Positions 49,501 to 64,000 of a DNA stretch of 64,000 bases are shown in pieces (within the stretch, counting starts at the first letter, position 1; every line of letters begins with the position of its first letter). The notes beneath the pieces were generated by a model. That model was not told the origin of the DNA and ran no database searches. It saw only the letters and a list, made by a program, of their open reading frames with translations. Source of the DNA: Eledone cirrhosa (taxonomy: Eukaryota). Location of the stretch: NCBI GenBank assembly GCA_964016885.1, contig OZ024744.1:15686001-15750000 (forward strand), given 5' to 3'. The position numbers and the translations under genes are program-made.

Positions 49501-52500
49501 ACTGTGTCTCCTGTGTGTTGGTTCCCACAATAGTAACTTGTGTATAACTTCCTCTACTGTGTCTCCCGTGAGTTGGTTCCCACAATAGTAACTTGTGTAT
49601 AACTTACTCTACTGTGTCTCCCGTGAGTTGGTCCCCACAATAGTAACTTGTGTATAACTTCCTCTACTGTATCTCCTGTGTGTTGGTTCCCACAATAGTA
49701 ACTTGTGTATAACTTCCTCTAATATATCTCCTGTGTGTTGGTTCCCACAATAGTAAATTGTGTATAACTTCCTCTACTGTGTCTCCCGTGAGTTGGTTCC
49801 CACAATAGTAACTTGTGTATAACTTCCTCTACTCTGTGTCCCGTGAGTTGGTTCCCACAATAGTAACTTGTGTATAACTTCCTCTACTGTGTCTCCTGTG
49901 TGTTGGTTCCCACAATAGTAACTTGTGTATAACTTCCTCTACTGTGTCTCCCGTGAGTTGGTCCCCACAATAGTAACTTGTGTATAACTTCCTCTACTGT
50001 GTCTCCTGTGTGTTGGTTCCCACAATAGTAACTTGTGTATAATTTCCTCTACTGTATCTCCTGTGTGTTAGTTCCCACAATAGTAACTTGTGTATAACTT
50101 CCTCTACTGTATCTCCTGTGTGTTGGTTCCCACAATAGTAAATTGTGTATAACTTCCTCTACTGTATCTCCTGTGTGTTGGTTCCCACAATAGTAAATTG
50201 TGTATAACTTCCTCTACTGTATCTCCTGTGTGTTGGTTCCCACAATAATAACATGTGTATAACTTCCTCTACTGTGTCTCCCGTGAGTTGGTTCCCACAA
50301 TAGTAACTTGTGTATAACTTCCTCTACTGTGTCTCCTGTATGTTGGTTCCCACAATAGTAACTTGTGTATAACTTCCTCTACTGTATCTCCTGTGTGTTG
50401 GTTCCCACAATAGTAACTTGCGTATAACTTCCTCTACTGTGTCTCCCGTGAGTTGGTTCCCACAATAGTAACTTGTGTATAACTTCCTCTACTGTGTCTC
50501 CTGTGTGTTGGTTCCCACAATAGTAACTTGTGTATAACTTCCTCTACTGTATCTCCTGTGTGTTGGTTCCCACAATAGTAAATTGTGTATAACTTCCTCT
50601 ACTGTATCTCCTGTGTGTTGGTTCCCACAATAGTAACTTGTGTATAACTTCCTCTACTGTGTCTCCCGTGAGTTGGTTCCCACAATAGTAACTTGTGTAT
50701 AACTTCCTCTACTGTGTCTCCCGTGAGTTGGTCCCCACAATAGTAACTTGTGCATAACTTCCTCTACTGTATCTCCTGTGTGTTGGTTCCCACAATAGTA
50801 ACTTGTGTATTACTTGCTCTACTGTATCTCCTGTGTGTTGGTTACCACAATAGTAACTTGTGTATAACTTCCTCTACTGTATCTCCTGTGTGTTGGTTCC
50901 CACAATAATAACATGTGTATAATTTCCTCTACTGTGTCTCCCGTGAGTTGGTTCCCAGAATAGTAACTTGTGTATAACTTCCTCTACTGAGTCTCCCGTG
51001 AGTTGGTCCCCACAATAGTAACTTGTGCATACCTTCCTCTACTGTATCTCCTGTGTGTTGGTTCCCACAATAGTAACTTGTGTATAACTTCCTCTACTGT
51101 GTCTCCCGGGAGTTGGTTCACACAAAAGTAACTTGTGTATAACTTCCTCTACTGTGTCGCCCGTGAGTTGGTCTCCACAATAGTAACTTGTGCATAACTT
51201 GCTCTACTGTATCTCCTGTGTGTTGGTTCCCACAATAGTAACTTGTGTATAACTTCCTCTTTGTCTCCCGTCAGTTGGTTCCCACAATAGTAACTTGTGT
51301 ATAACTTACTCTACTGTGTCTCCCGTGAGTTGGTTCCCACAATAGTAACTTGTGTATAACTTCCTCTACTCTGTCTCCCGTGAGTTGGTTCCCACAATAG
51401 TAAATTGTGTATGACTTCCTCTACTGTGTCTCCTGTGTGTTGGTTCCCACAATAGTAACTTGTGCAAAACTTCCTCTACTGTGTCTCTCGTGAGTTGGTT
51501 CCCACAATAGTAACTTGTGTATAACTTCCTCTACTGTGTCTCCCGTGAGTTGGTCCCCACAATAGTAACTTGTGCATAACTTCCTCTACTGTATCTCCTG
51601 TGTGTTGGTTCCCACAGTGTATAACTTCCTCTACTGTATCTCCTGTGTGTTGGTTCCCACAATAGTTACTTGTGTATAACTTACTCTACTGTGTCTCCCG
51701 TGAGTTGGTCCCCACAATAGTAACTTGTGTATAACTTCCTCTACTGTGTCTCCCGTGAGTTGGTCCCCACAATAGTAACTTGTGTATAACTTCCTCTACT
51801 GTATCTCCTGTGTGTTGGTTCCCACAATAGTAACTTGTGTATAACTTCCTCTACTGTATCTCCTGTGTGTTGGTTCACACAATAGTAACTTGTGTTTAAC
51901 TTCCTCTACTGTTTCTCCCGTGAGTTGGTTCCCACAATAGTAACTTGTGTATAGCTTCCTCTACTGTGTCTCTCGTGAGTTGGTTCCCACAATAGTAACT
52001 TGTGTATAACTTCCTCTACTGTGTCTCCCGTGAGTTGGTCCCCACAATAGTAACTTGTGCATAACTTCCTCTACTGTATCTCCTGTGTGTTGGTTCCCAC
52101 AATAGTAACTTGTGTATAACTTACTCTACTTTGTCTCCCGTGAGTTGGTCCCCACAACAGTAACTTGTGTATAACTTACTCTACTGTGTCTCCCGTGAGT
52201 TGGTCCCCATAATAGTAACTTGTGTATAACTTACTCTACTGTATCTCCTGTGTGTTGGTTCCCACAATAGTAACTTGTGTATAACTTCCTCTACTGTATC
52301 TCCTGTGTGTTGGTTCCCACAATAGTAACTTGTGTATAACTTACTCTACTGTGTCCCCCGTGAGTTGGTTCCCACAATAGTAACTTGTGTATAACTTCCT
52401 CTACTGTGTGTCCCGTGAATTGGTTCCCACAATAGTAACTTGTGTATAACTTCCTCTACTGTGTCTCCCGTGAGTTGGTCCCCACAATAGTAACTTGTAT

Positions 52501-55500
52501 ATAACTTCCTCTACTGTGCATCCCGTGTGTTGGTTCCCACAATAGTAACTTGTGTATAACTTCCTCTACTGTGTCTCCTGTGTGTTGGTTCCCACAATAG
52601 TAACCTGTGTATAACTTCCTCTACTGTATCTCCTGTGTGTTGGTTCCTACAATAGTAACTTGTGTATAACTTCCTCTACTCTATCTCCTGTGTGTTGGTT
52701 CCCACAATAGTAAATTGTGTATAACTTCCTCTACTGTATCTCCTGTGTGTTGGTTCCCACAATAGTAACTTGTGTATAACTTGCTCTACTGTATCTCCTG
52801 TGTGTTGGTTCCCACAATAGTAAATTGTGTATAACTTCCTCTACTGTAATCCTGTGTGTTGGTTCCCACAATAATAACATGTGTATAACTTCCTCTACTG
52901 TGTCTCCCGTGAGTTGGTTACCACAATAGTAACTTGTGTATAACTTCCTCTACTGTGTCTCCTGTATGTTGGTTCCCACAATAGTAACTTGTGTATAACT
53001 TCCTCTACTGTATCTCCTGTGTGTTGGTTCCCACAATAGTAACTTGTGTATAACTTCCTCTACTGTGTCTCCCGTGAGTTGGTTCCCACAATAGTAACTT
53101 GTGTATAACTTCCTCTACTGTGTCTCCTGTGTGTTGGTTCCCACAATAGTAACTTGTGTATAACTTCCTCTACTGTATCTCCTGTGTGTTGGTTCCCACA
53201 ATAGTAAATTGTGTATAACTTCCTCTACTGTATCTCCTGTGTGTTGGTTCCCACAATAGTAACTTGTGTATAACTTCCTCTACTGTGTCTCCCGTGAGTT
53301 GGTTCCCACAATAGTAACTTGTGTATAACTTCCTCTACTGTGTCTCCCGTGAGTTGGTCCCCACAATAGTAACTTGTGCATAACTTCCTCTACTGTATCT
53401 CCTGTGTGTTGGTTCCCACAATAGTAACTTGTGTATTACTTGCTCTACTGTATCTCCTGTGTGTTGGTTACCACAATAGTAACTTGTGTATAACTTCCTC
53501 TACTGTATCTCCTGTGTGTTGGTTCCCACAATAATAACATGTGTATAACTTCCTCTACTGTGTCTCCCGTGAGTTGGTTCCCAGAATAGTAACTTGTGTA
53601 TAACTTCCTCTACTGAGTCTCCCGTGAGTTGGTCCCCACAATAGTAACTTGTGCATACCTTCCTCTACTGTATCTCCTGTGTGTTGGTTCCCACAATAGT
53701 AACTTGTGTATAACTTCCTCTACTGTGTCTCCCGGGAGTTGGTTCACACAAAAGTAACTTGTGTATAACTTCCTCTACTGTGTCGCCCGTGAGTTGGTCC
53801 CCACAATAGTAACTTGTGCATAACTTGCTCTACTGTATCTCCTGTGTGTTGGTTCCCACAATAGTAACTTGTGTATAACTTCCTCTTTGTCTCCCGTGAG
53901 TTGGTTCCCACAATAGTAACTTGTGTATAACTTCCTCTACTGTGTCTCCCGTGAGTTGGTTCCCACAATAGTAACTTGTGTATAACTTCCTCTACTCTGT
54001 CTCCCGTGAGTTGGTTCCCACAATAGTAACTTGTGTATAACTTCCTCTACTGTGTCTCTTGTGTGTTGGTTCCCATAATGGTAACTTGTGTATAACTTCC
54101 TCCACTGTGTCTCCTGTGTGTCGGTTCCCACAATAGTAACTTGTGTATAACTTCCTCTACTGTATCTCCTGTAGGTTGGTTGCCACAATAGTAACTTGTG
54201 TATAACTTCCTCTACTGTGTCTCCTGTGTGTTGGTTCCCAAAATAGTAACTTGTGTATAACTTCCTCTACTGTGTCTCCTGTGTGTTGATTCCCACAATA
54301 GTAACTTGTGTATAACTTCCTCTACTGTGTCTCCCGTTAGTTGGTCCCCACAATAATATCTTGTGTATAACTTCCTCTACTGTGTCTCCTGTGTGTTGGT
54401 TCCCACAATAGTAACTTGTGTATAACTTCCTCTACTGTGTCTCCCGTGAGTTGGTTCCCACAATAGTAACTTGTGTATAACTTACTCTACTGTGTCTCCC
54501 GTGAGTTGGTCCCCACAATAGTAACTTGTGTATAACTTCCTCTACTGTATCTCCTGTGTGTTGGTTCCCACAATAGTAACTTGTGTATAACTTCCTCTAA
54601 TATATCTCCTGTGTGTTGGTTCCCACAATAGTAAATTGTGTATAACTTCCTCTACTGTGTCTCCCGTGAGTTGGTTCCCACAATAGTAACTTGTGTATAA
54701 CTTCCTCTACTCTGTGTCCCGTGAGTTGGTTCCCACAATAGTAACTTGTGTATAACTTCCTCTACTGTGTCTCCTGTGTGTTGGTTCCCACAATAGTAAC
54801 TTGTGTATAACTTCCTCTACTGTGTCTCCCGTGAGTTGGTCCCCACAATAGTAACTTGTGTATAACTTCCTCTACTGTGTCTCCTGTGTGTTGGTTCCCA
54901 CAATAGTAACTTGTGTATAATTTCCTCTACAGTATCTCCTGTGTGTTAGTTCCCACAATAGTAACTTGTGTATAACTTCCTCTACTGTATCTCCTGTGTG
55001 TTGGTTCCCACAATAGTAAATTGTGTATAACTTCCTCTACTGTATCTCCTGTGTGTTGGTTCCCACAATAGTAAATTGTGTATAACTTCCTCTACTGTAT
55101 CTCCTGTGTGTTGGTTCCCACAATAATAACATGTGTATAACTTCCTCTACTGTGTCTCCCGTGAGTTGGTTCCCACAATAGTAACTTGTGTATAACTTCC
55201 TCTACTGTGTCTCCTGTATGTTGGTTCCCACAATAGTAACTTGTGTATAACTTCCTCTACTGTATCTCCTGTGTGTTGGTTCCCACAATAGTAACTTGCG
55301 TATAACTTCCTCTACTGTGTCTCCCGTGAGTTGGTTCCCACAATAGTAACTTGTGTATAACTTCCTCTACTGTGTCTCCTGTGTGTTGGTTCCCACAATA
55401 GTAACTTGTGTATAACTTCCTCTACTGTATCTCCTGTGTGTTGGTTCCCACAATAGTAAATTGTGTATAACTTCCTCTACTGTATCTCCTGTGTGTTGGT

Positions 55501-58500
55501 TCCCACAATAGTAACTTGTGTATAACTTCCTCTACTGTGTCTCCCGTGAGTTGGTTCCCACAATAGTAACTTGTGTATAACTTCCTCTACTGTGTCTCCC
55601 GTGAGTTGGTCCCCACAATAGTAACTTGTGCATAACTTCCTCTACTGTATCTCCTGTGTGTTGGTTCCCACAATAGTAACTTGTGTATTACTTGCTCTAC
55701 TGTATCTCCTGTGTGTTGGTTACCACAATAGTAACTTGTGTATAACTTCCTCTACTGTATCTCCTGTGTGTTGGTTCCCACAATAATAACATGTGTATAA
55801 TTTCCTCTACTGTGTCTCCCGTGAGTTGGTTCCCAGAATAGTAACTTGTGTATAACTTCCTCTACTGAGTCTCCCGTGAGTTGGTCCCCACAATAGTAAC
55901 TTGTGCATACCTTCCTCTACTGTATCTCCTGTGTGTTGGTTCCCACAATAGTAACTTGTGTATAACTTCCTCTACTGTGTCTCCCGGGAGTTGGTTCACA
56001 CAAAAGTAACTTGTGTATAACTTCCTCTACTGTGTCGCCCGTGAGTTGGTCTCCACAATAGTAACTTGTGCATAACTTGCTCTACTGTATCTCCTGTGTG
56101 TTGGTTCCCACAATAGTAACTTGTGTATAACTTCCTCTTTGTCTCCCGTCAGTTGGTTCCCACAATAGTAACTTGTGTATAACTTACTCTACTGTGTCTC
56201 CCGTGAGTTGGTTCCCACAATAGTAACTTGTGCAAAACTTCCTCTACTGTGTCTCTCGTGAGTTGGTTCCCACAATAGTAACTTGTGTATAACTTCCTCT
56301 ACTGTGTCTCCCGTGAGTTGGTCCCCACAATAGTAACTTGTGCATAACTTGCTCTACTGTATCTCCTGTGTGTTGGTTCCCACAGTGTATAACTTCCTCT
56401 ACTGTATCTCCTGTGTGTTGGTTCCCACAATAGTTACTTGTGTATAACTTACTCTACTGTGTCTCCCGTGAGTTGGTCCCCACAATAGTAACTTGTGTAT
56501 AACTTCCTCTACTGTGTCTCCCGTGAGTTGGTCCCCACAATAGTAACTTGTGTATAACTTCCTCTACTGTATCTCCTGTGTGTTGGTTCCCACAATAGTA
56601 ACTTGTGTACAACTTCCTCTACTGTATCTCCTGTGTGTTGGTTCACACAATAGTAACTTGTGTTTAACTTCCTCTACTGTTTCTCCCGTGAGTTGGTTCC
56701 CACAATAGTAACTTGTGTATAGCTTCCTCTACTGTGTCTCTCGTGAGTTGGTTCCCACAATAGTAACTTGTGTATAACTTCCTCTACTGTGTCTCCCGTG
56801 AGTTGGTCCCCACAATAGTAACTTGTGCATAACTTCCTCTACTGTATCTCCTGTGTGTTGGTTCCCACAATAGTAACTTGTGTATAACTTACTCTACTTT
56901 GTCTCCCGTGAGTTGGTCCCCACAACAGTAACTTGTGTATAACTTACTCTACTGTGTCTCCCGTGAGTTGGTCCCCATAATAGTAACTTGTGTATAACTT
57001 ACTCTACTGTATCTCCTGTGTGTTGGTTCCCACAATAGTAACTTGTGTATAACTTCCTCTACTGTATCTCCTGTGTGTTGGTTCCCACAATAGTAACTTG
57101 TGTATAACTTACTCTACTGTGTCCCCCGTGAGTTGGTTCCCACAATAGTAACTTGTGTATAACTTCCTCTACTGTGTGTCCCGTGAATTGGTTCCCACAA
57201 TAGTAACTTGTGTATAACTTCCTCTACTGTGTCTCCCGTGAGTTGGTCCCCACAATAGTAACTTGTATATAACTTCCTCTACTGTGCATCCTGTGTGTTG
57301 GTTCCCACAATAGTAACTTGTGTATAACTTCCTCTACTGTGTCTCCTGTGTGTTGGTTCCCACAATAGTAACCTGTGTATAACTTCCTCTACTGTATCTC
57401 CTGTGTGTTGGTTCCTACAATAGTAACTTGTGTATAACTTCCTCTACTCTATCTCCTGTGTGTTGGTTCCCACAATAGTAACTTGTGTATAACTTGCTCT
57501 ACTGTATCTCCTGTGTGTTGGTTCCCACAATAGTAAATTGTGTATAACTTCCTCTACTGTAATCCTGTGTGTTGGTTCCCACAATAATAACATGTGTATA
57601 ACTTCCTCTACTGTGTCTCCCGTGAGTTGGTTACCACAATAGCAACTTGTGTATAACTTCCTCTACTGTGTCTCCTGTATGTTGGTTCCCACAATAGTAA
57701 ATTGTGTATAACTTCCTCTACTGTATCTCCTGTGTGTTGGTTCCCACAATAGTAACTTGTGTATAACTTCCTCTACTGTGTCTCCCGTGAGTTGGTTCCC
57801 ACAATAGTAACTTGTGTATAACTTCCTCTACTGTGTCTCCTGTGTGTTGGTTCCCACAATAGTAACTTGTGTATAACTTCCTCTACTGTATCTCCTGTGT
57901 GTTGGTTCCCACAATAGTAAATTGTGTATAACTTCCTCTACCGTATCTCCTGTGTGTTGGTTCCAACAATAGTAACTTGTGTATAACTTCCTCTACTGTG
58001 TCTCCCGTGAGTTGGTTCCCACAATAGTAACTTGTGTATAACTTTCTCTACTGTGTCTCCCGTGAGTTGGTCCCCACAATAGTAACTTGTGCATAACTTC
58101 CTCTACTGTATCTCCTGTGTGTTGGTTCCCACAATAGTAACTTGTGTATTACTTGCTCTACTGTATCTCCTGTGTGTTGGTTACCACAATAGTAACTTGT
58201 GTATAACTTGCTCTACTGTATCTCCTGTGTGTTGGTTCCCACAATAGTAAATTGTGTATAACTTCCTCTACTGTAATCCTGTGTGTTGGTTCCCACAATA
58301 ATAACACGTGTATAACTTCCTCTACTGTGTCTCCCGTGAGTTGGTTCCCACAATAGTAACTTGTGTATAACTTCCTCTACTGTGTCTCCTGTATGTTGGT
58401 TCCCACAATAGTAACTTGTGTATAACTTCCTCTACTGTATCTCCCGTGTGTTGGTTCCCACAATAGTAACTTGTGTATAACTTCCTCTACTGTGTCTCCC

Positions 58501-61500
58501 GTGAGTTGGTTCCCACAATAGTAACTTGTGTATAACTTCCTCTACTGTGTCTCCTGTGTGTTGGTTCCCACAATAGTAACTTGTGTATAACTTCCTCTAC
58601 TGTATCTCCTGTGTGTTGGTTCCCACAATAGTAAATTGTGTATAACTTCCTCTACTGTATCTCCTGTGTGTTGGTTCCCACAATAATAACATGTGTATAA
58701 CTTCCTCTACTGTGTCTCCCGTGAGTTGGTTCCCAGAATAGTAACTTGTGTATAACTTCCTCTACTGAGTCTCCCGTGAGTTGGTCCCCACAATAGTAAC
58801 TTGTGCATACCTTCCTCTACTGTATCTCCTGTGTGTTGGTTCCCACAATAGTAACTTGTGTATAACTTCCTCTACTGTGTCTCCCGGGAGTTGGTTCACA
58901 CAAAAGTAACTTGTGTATAACTTCCTCTACTGTGTCGCCCGTGAGTTGGTCCCCACAATAGTAACTTGTGCATAACTTGCTCTACTGTATCTCCTGTGTG
59001 TTGGTTCCCACAATAGTAACTTGTGTATAACTTCCTCTTTGTCTCCCGTGAGTTGGTTCCCACAATAGTAACTTGTGTATAACTTACTCTACTGTGTCTC
59101 CCGTGAGTTGGTTCCCACAATAGTAACTTGTGTATAACTTCCTCTACTCTGTCTCCCGTGAGTTGGTTCCCACAATAGTAACTTGTGTATAACTTCCTCT
59201 ACTGTGTCTCTTGTGTGTTGGTTCCCATAATGGTAACTTGTGTATAACTTCCACTACTGTGTCTCCTGTGTGTCGGTTCCCACAATAGTAACTTGTGTAT
59301 AACTTCCTCTACTGTATCTCCTGTAGGTTGGTTGCCACAATAGTAACTTGTGTATAACTTCCTCTACTGTGTCTCCTGTGTGTTGGTTCCCAAAATAGTA
59401 ACTTGTGTATAACTTCCTCTACTGTGTCTCCTGTGTGTTGATTCCCACAATAGTAACTTGTGTATAACTTCCTCTACTGTGTCTCCCGTTAGTTGGTCCC
59501 CACAATAATATCTTGTGTATAACTTCCTCTACTGTGTCTCCTGTGTGTTGGTTCCCACAATAGTAACTTGTGTATAACTTCCTCTACTGTGTCTCCCGTG
59601 AGTTGGTTCCCACAATAGTAACTTGTGTATAACTTACTCTACTGTGTCTCCTGTGAGTTCGTCCCCACAATAGTAACTTGTGTATAACTTACTCTACTGT
59701 GTCTCCCGTGAGTTGGTCCCCACAATAGTAACTTGTGTATAACTTCCTCTACTGTATCTCCTGTGTGTTGGTTCCCACAATAGTAACTTGTGTATAACTT
59801 CCTCTAATGTATCTCCTGTGTGTTGGTTCCCACAATAGTAAATTGTGTATAACTTCCTCTACTGTGTCTCCCGTGAGTTGGTTCCCACAATAGTAACTTG
59901 TGTATAACTTCCTCTACTGTGTGTCCCGTGAGTTGGTTCCCACAATAGTAACTTGTGTATAACTTCCTCTACTGTGTCTCCTGTGTGTTGGTTCCCACAA
60001 TAGTAACTTGTGTATAACTTCCTCTACTGTGTCTCCCGTGAGTTGGTCCCCACAATAGTAACTTGTGTATAACTTCCTCTACTGTGTCTCCTCTGTGTTG
60101 GTTCCCACAATAGTAACTTGTGTATAACTTCCTCTACTGTATCTCCTGTGTGTTAGTTCCCACAATAGTAACTTGTGTATAACTTCCTCTACTGTATCTC
60201 CTGTGTGTTGGTTCCCACAATAGTAAATTGTGTATAACTTCCTCTACTGTATCTCCTGTGTGTTGGTTCCCACAATAGTAAATTGTGTATAACTTCCTCT
60301 ACTGTATCTCCTGTGTGTTGGTTCCCACAATAATAACATGTGTATAACTTCCTCTACTGTGTCTCCCGTGAGTTGGTTCCCACAATAGTAACTTGTGTAT
60401 AACTTCCTCTACTGTGTCTCCTGTATGTTGGTTCCCACAATAGTAACTTGTGTATAACTTCCTCTACTGTATCTCCTTGTGTTGGTTCCCACAATAGTAA
60501 CTTGTGTATAACTTCCTCTACTGTGTCTCCCGTGAGTTGGTTCCCACAATAGTAACTTGTGTATAACTTCCTCTACTGTGTCTCCTGTGTGTTGGTTCCC
60601 ACAATAGTAACTTGTGTATAACTTCCTCTACTGTATCTCCTGTGTGTTGGTTCCCACAATAGTAAATTGTGTATAACTTCCTCTACTGTATCTCCTGTGT
60701 GTTGGTTCCCACAATAGTAACTTGTGTATAACTTCCTCTACTGTGTCTCCCGTGAGTTGGTTCCCACAATAGTAACTTGTGTATAACTTCCTCTACTGTG
60801 TCTCCCGTGAGTTGGTCCCCACAATAGTAACTTGTGCATAACTTCCTCTACTGTATCTCCTGTGTGTTGGTTCCCACAATAGTAACTTGTGTATTACTTG
60901 CTCTACTGTATCTCCTGTGTGTTGGTTACCACAATAGTAACTTGTGTATAACTTCCTCTACTGTATCTCCTGTGTGTTGGTTCCCACAATAATAACATGT
61001 GTATAACTTCCTCTACTGTGTCTCCCGTGAGTTGGTTCCCAGAATAGTAACTTGTGTATAACTTCCTCTACTGAGTCTCCCGTGAGTTGGTCCCCACAAT
61101 AGTAACTTGTGCATACCTTCCTCTACTGTATCTCCTGTGTGTTGGTTCCCACAATAGTAACTTGTGTATAACTTCCTCTACTGTGTCTCCCGGGAGTTGG
61201 TTCACACAAAAGTAACTTGTGTATAACTTCCTCTACTGTGTCGCCCGTGAGTTGGTCCCCACAATAGTAACTTGTGCATAACTTGTTCTACTGTATCTCC
61301 TGTGTGTTGGTTCCCACAATAGTAACTTGTGTATAACTTCCTCTTTGTCTCCCGTGAGTTGGTTCCCACAATAGTAACTTGTGTATGACTTACTCTACTG
61401 TGTCTCCCGTGAGTTGGTTCCCAAAATAGTAACTTGTGTATAACTTCCTCTACTCTGTCTCCCGTGAGTTGGTTCCCACAATAGTAACTTGTGTATAACT

Positions 61501-64000
61501 TCCTCTACTGTGTCTCTTGTGTGTTGGTTCCCATAATGGTAACTTGTGTATAACTTCCTCTACTGTGTCTCCTGTGTGTCGGTTCCCACAATAGTAACTT
61601 GTGTATAACTTCCTCTAGTGTATCTCCTGTAGGTTGGTTGCCACAATAGTAACTTGTGTATAACTTCCTCTACTGTGTCTCCTGTGTGTTGGTTCCCAAA
61701 ATAGTAACTTGTGTATAACTTCCTCTACTGTGTCTCCTGTGTGTTGGTTCCCACAATAGTAACTTGTGTATAACTTCCTCTACTGTGTCTCCCGTGAGTT
61801 GGTTCCCACAATAGTAACTTGTGTATAACTTACTCTACTGTGTCTCCCGTGAGTTCGTCCCCACAATAGTAACTTGTGTATAACTTACTCTACTGTGTCT
61901 CCCGTGAGTTGGTCCCCACAATAGTAACTTGTGTATAACTTCCTCTACTGTATCTCCTGTGTGTTGGTTCCCACAATAGTAACTTGTGTATAACTTCCTC
62001 TAATGTATCTCCTGTGTGTTGGTTCCCACAATAGTAAATTGTGTATAACTTCCTCTACTGTGTCTCCCGTGAGTTGGTTCCCACAATAGTAACTTGTGTA
62101 TAACTTCCTCTACTGTGTGTCCCGTGAGTTGGTTCCCACAATAGTAACTTGTGTATAACTTCCCCTACTGTGTCTCCTGTGTGTTGGTTCCCACAATTGT
62201 AACTTGTGTATAACTTCCTCTACTGTGTCTCCCGTGAGTTGGTCCCCACAATAGTAACTTGTGTATAACTACCTCTACTGTGTCTCCTGTGTGTTGGTTC
62301 CCACAATAGTAACTTGTGTATAACTTCCTCTACTGTATCTCCTGTGTGTTAGTTCCCACAATAGTAACTTGTGTATAACTTCCTCTACTGTATCTCCTGT
62401 GTGTTGGTTCCCGCAATAGTAAATTGTGTATAACTTCCTCTACTGTATCTCCTGTGTGTTGGTTCCCACAATAGTAAATTGTGTATAACTTCCTCTACTG
62501 TATCTCCTGTGTATTGGTTCCCCCAATAATAACTTGTGTATAACTTCCTCTACTGTGTCTCCCGTGAGTTGTTTCCCACAATAGTAACTTGTGTATAACT
62601 TCATCTACTGTGTCTCCTGTGTGTTGGTTCCCACAATAGTAACTTTTGTATAACTTCCTCTACTGTGTCTCCTGTGTGTTGGTTCCCACAATAGTAACTT
62701 GTGTATAACTTCCTCTACTGTCTCTTGTGAGTTGGTTCCCACAATGGTAACTTGTGTATAACTTCCTCTACTGTGTCCCCCGTGAGTTGGTCCCCACAAT
62801 AGTAACTTGTGCATAACTTACTCTACTGTATCTCCTGTGTGTTGGTTCCCACAGTGTATAACTTCCTCTACTTTATCTCCTGTGTGTTGGTTCCCACAAT
62901 AGTTACTTGTGTATAACTTACTCTACTGTGTGTCCCGTGAGTTGGTCCCCACAATAGTAACTTGTGTATAACTTACTCTACTGTGTCTCCCGTGAGTTGG
63001 TCACCACAATAGTAACTTGTGTATAACTTCCTCTACTGTATCTCCTGTGTGTTGGTTCCCACAATTGTAACTTGTGTATAACTTCCTCTACTGTATCTCC
63101 TGTGTGTTAGTTCCCACAATAGTAACTTGTGTTTAACTTCCTCTACTGTTTCTCCCGTGAGTTGGATCCCACAATAGTAACTTGTGTATAACTACCCATA
63201 CTCTGTATCTCGTGAGTTGGTTCCCACAATAGTAACTTGTGTATAACTTCCTCTACTGTGTCTCACGTGAGTTGGTCCCCACAATAGTAACTTGTGCATA
63301 ACTTCCTCTACTGTATCTCCTGTGTGTTGGTTCCCACAATAGTAACTTGTGTATAACTTCCTCTACTGTATCTCCTGTGTGTTGGTTCCCACAATAGTAA
63401 CTTGTGTATAACTTACTCTACTGTGTCTCCCGTGAGTTGGTTCCCAGAATAGTAACTTGTGTATAACTTCCTCTACTGAGTCTCCCGTGAGTTGGTCCCC
63501 ATAATAGTAACTTGTGTATAACTTCCTCTACTGTGTCTCCCGTGAGTTGGTCCCCACAATAGTAACTTGTATATAACTTCCTCTACTGTGCCTCCTGTGT
63601 GTTGGTTCCCACAATAGTAACTTGTGTATAACTTCCTCTACTGTGTCTCCTGTGTGTTGGTTCCCACAATAGTAACCTGTGTATAACTTCCTCTACTGTA
63701 TCTCCTGTGTGTTGGTTCCTACAATAGTAACTTGTGTATAACTTCCTCTACTGTATCTCCTGTGTGTTGGTTCCCACAATAGTAAATTCTGTATAACTTC
63801 CTCTACTGTATCTCCTGTGTGTTGGTTCCCACAATAGTAACTTGTGTATAACTTGCTCTACTGTATCTCCTGTCTGTTGGTTCCCACAATAGTAAATTGT
63901 GTATAACTGCCTCTACTGTAATCCTGTGTGTTGGTTCCCACAATAATAACATGTGTATAACTTCCTCTACTGTGTCTCCCGTGAGTTGGTTCCCACAATA
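43568..64000. repeat. 55-bp satellite array, ~370 monomers, open at the window end
   Basis: Consensus CTTCCTCTACTGTRTCTCCYGTGWGTTGGTTCCCACAATAGTAACTTGTGTATAA; first two units start at 43568 and 43623; head-to-tail without spacers. Confidence 0.98.

Noticed and set aside
43568-64000. CRISPR-like regular repeats and minus-strand ORFs (MWEPTH...)
   Set aside because: No unique spacers, no cas genes and a eukaryotic context; 55 is not a multiple of 3 and the frames are frequently stopped.

Overview
Eukaryotic, repeat-dominated DNA. It is most likely cephalopod or octopus-like, inferred from the SINE families and the (AT)n/(TAA)n microsatellite load. Two large tandem arrays flank a ~5.8 kb island. 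On the left is a ~37.7 kb GT-rich minisatellite (20-bp core plus variable GAGTGT hexamers) with multi-kb higher-order repeats. On the right is a >20 kb array of a 55-bp monomer with a 4,878-bp (89-mer) higher-order repeat. The island holds a 5'-truncated, frameshifted Penelope-like retroelement (RT plus C-terminal GIY-YIG endonuclease, Naiad-like), tRNA-derived SINE copies and microsatellites. It also holds a cluster of type I hammerhead ribozyme motifs: two identical U3-A8 core variants in direct repeats around the element, one in its 3' UTR, and a divergent pair forming a 124-bp palindrome (one intact, one core-mutated). No host protein-coding gene, tRNA, rRNA or CRISPR array is supported. 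All ORFs outside the retroelement look like repeat artefacts or chance frames. Family assignments come from motif recognition, not database searches.
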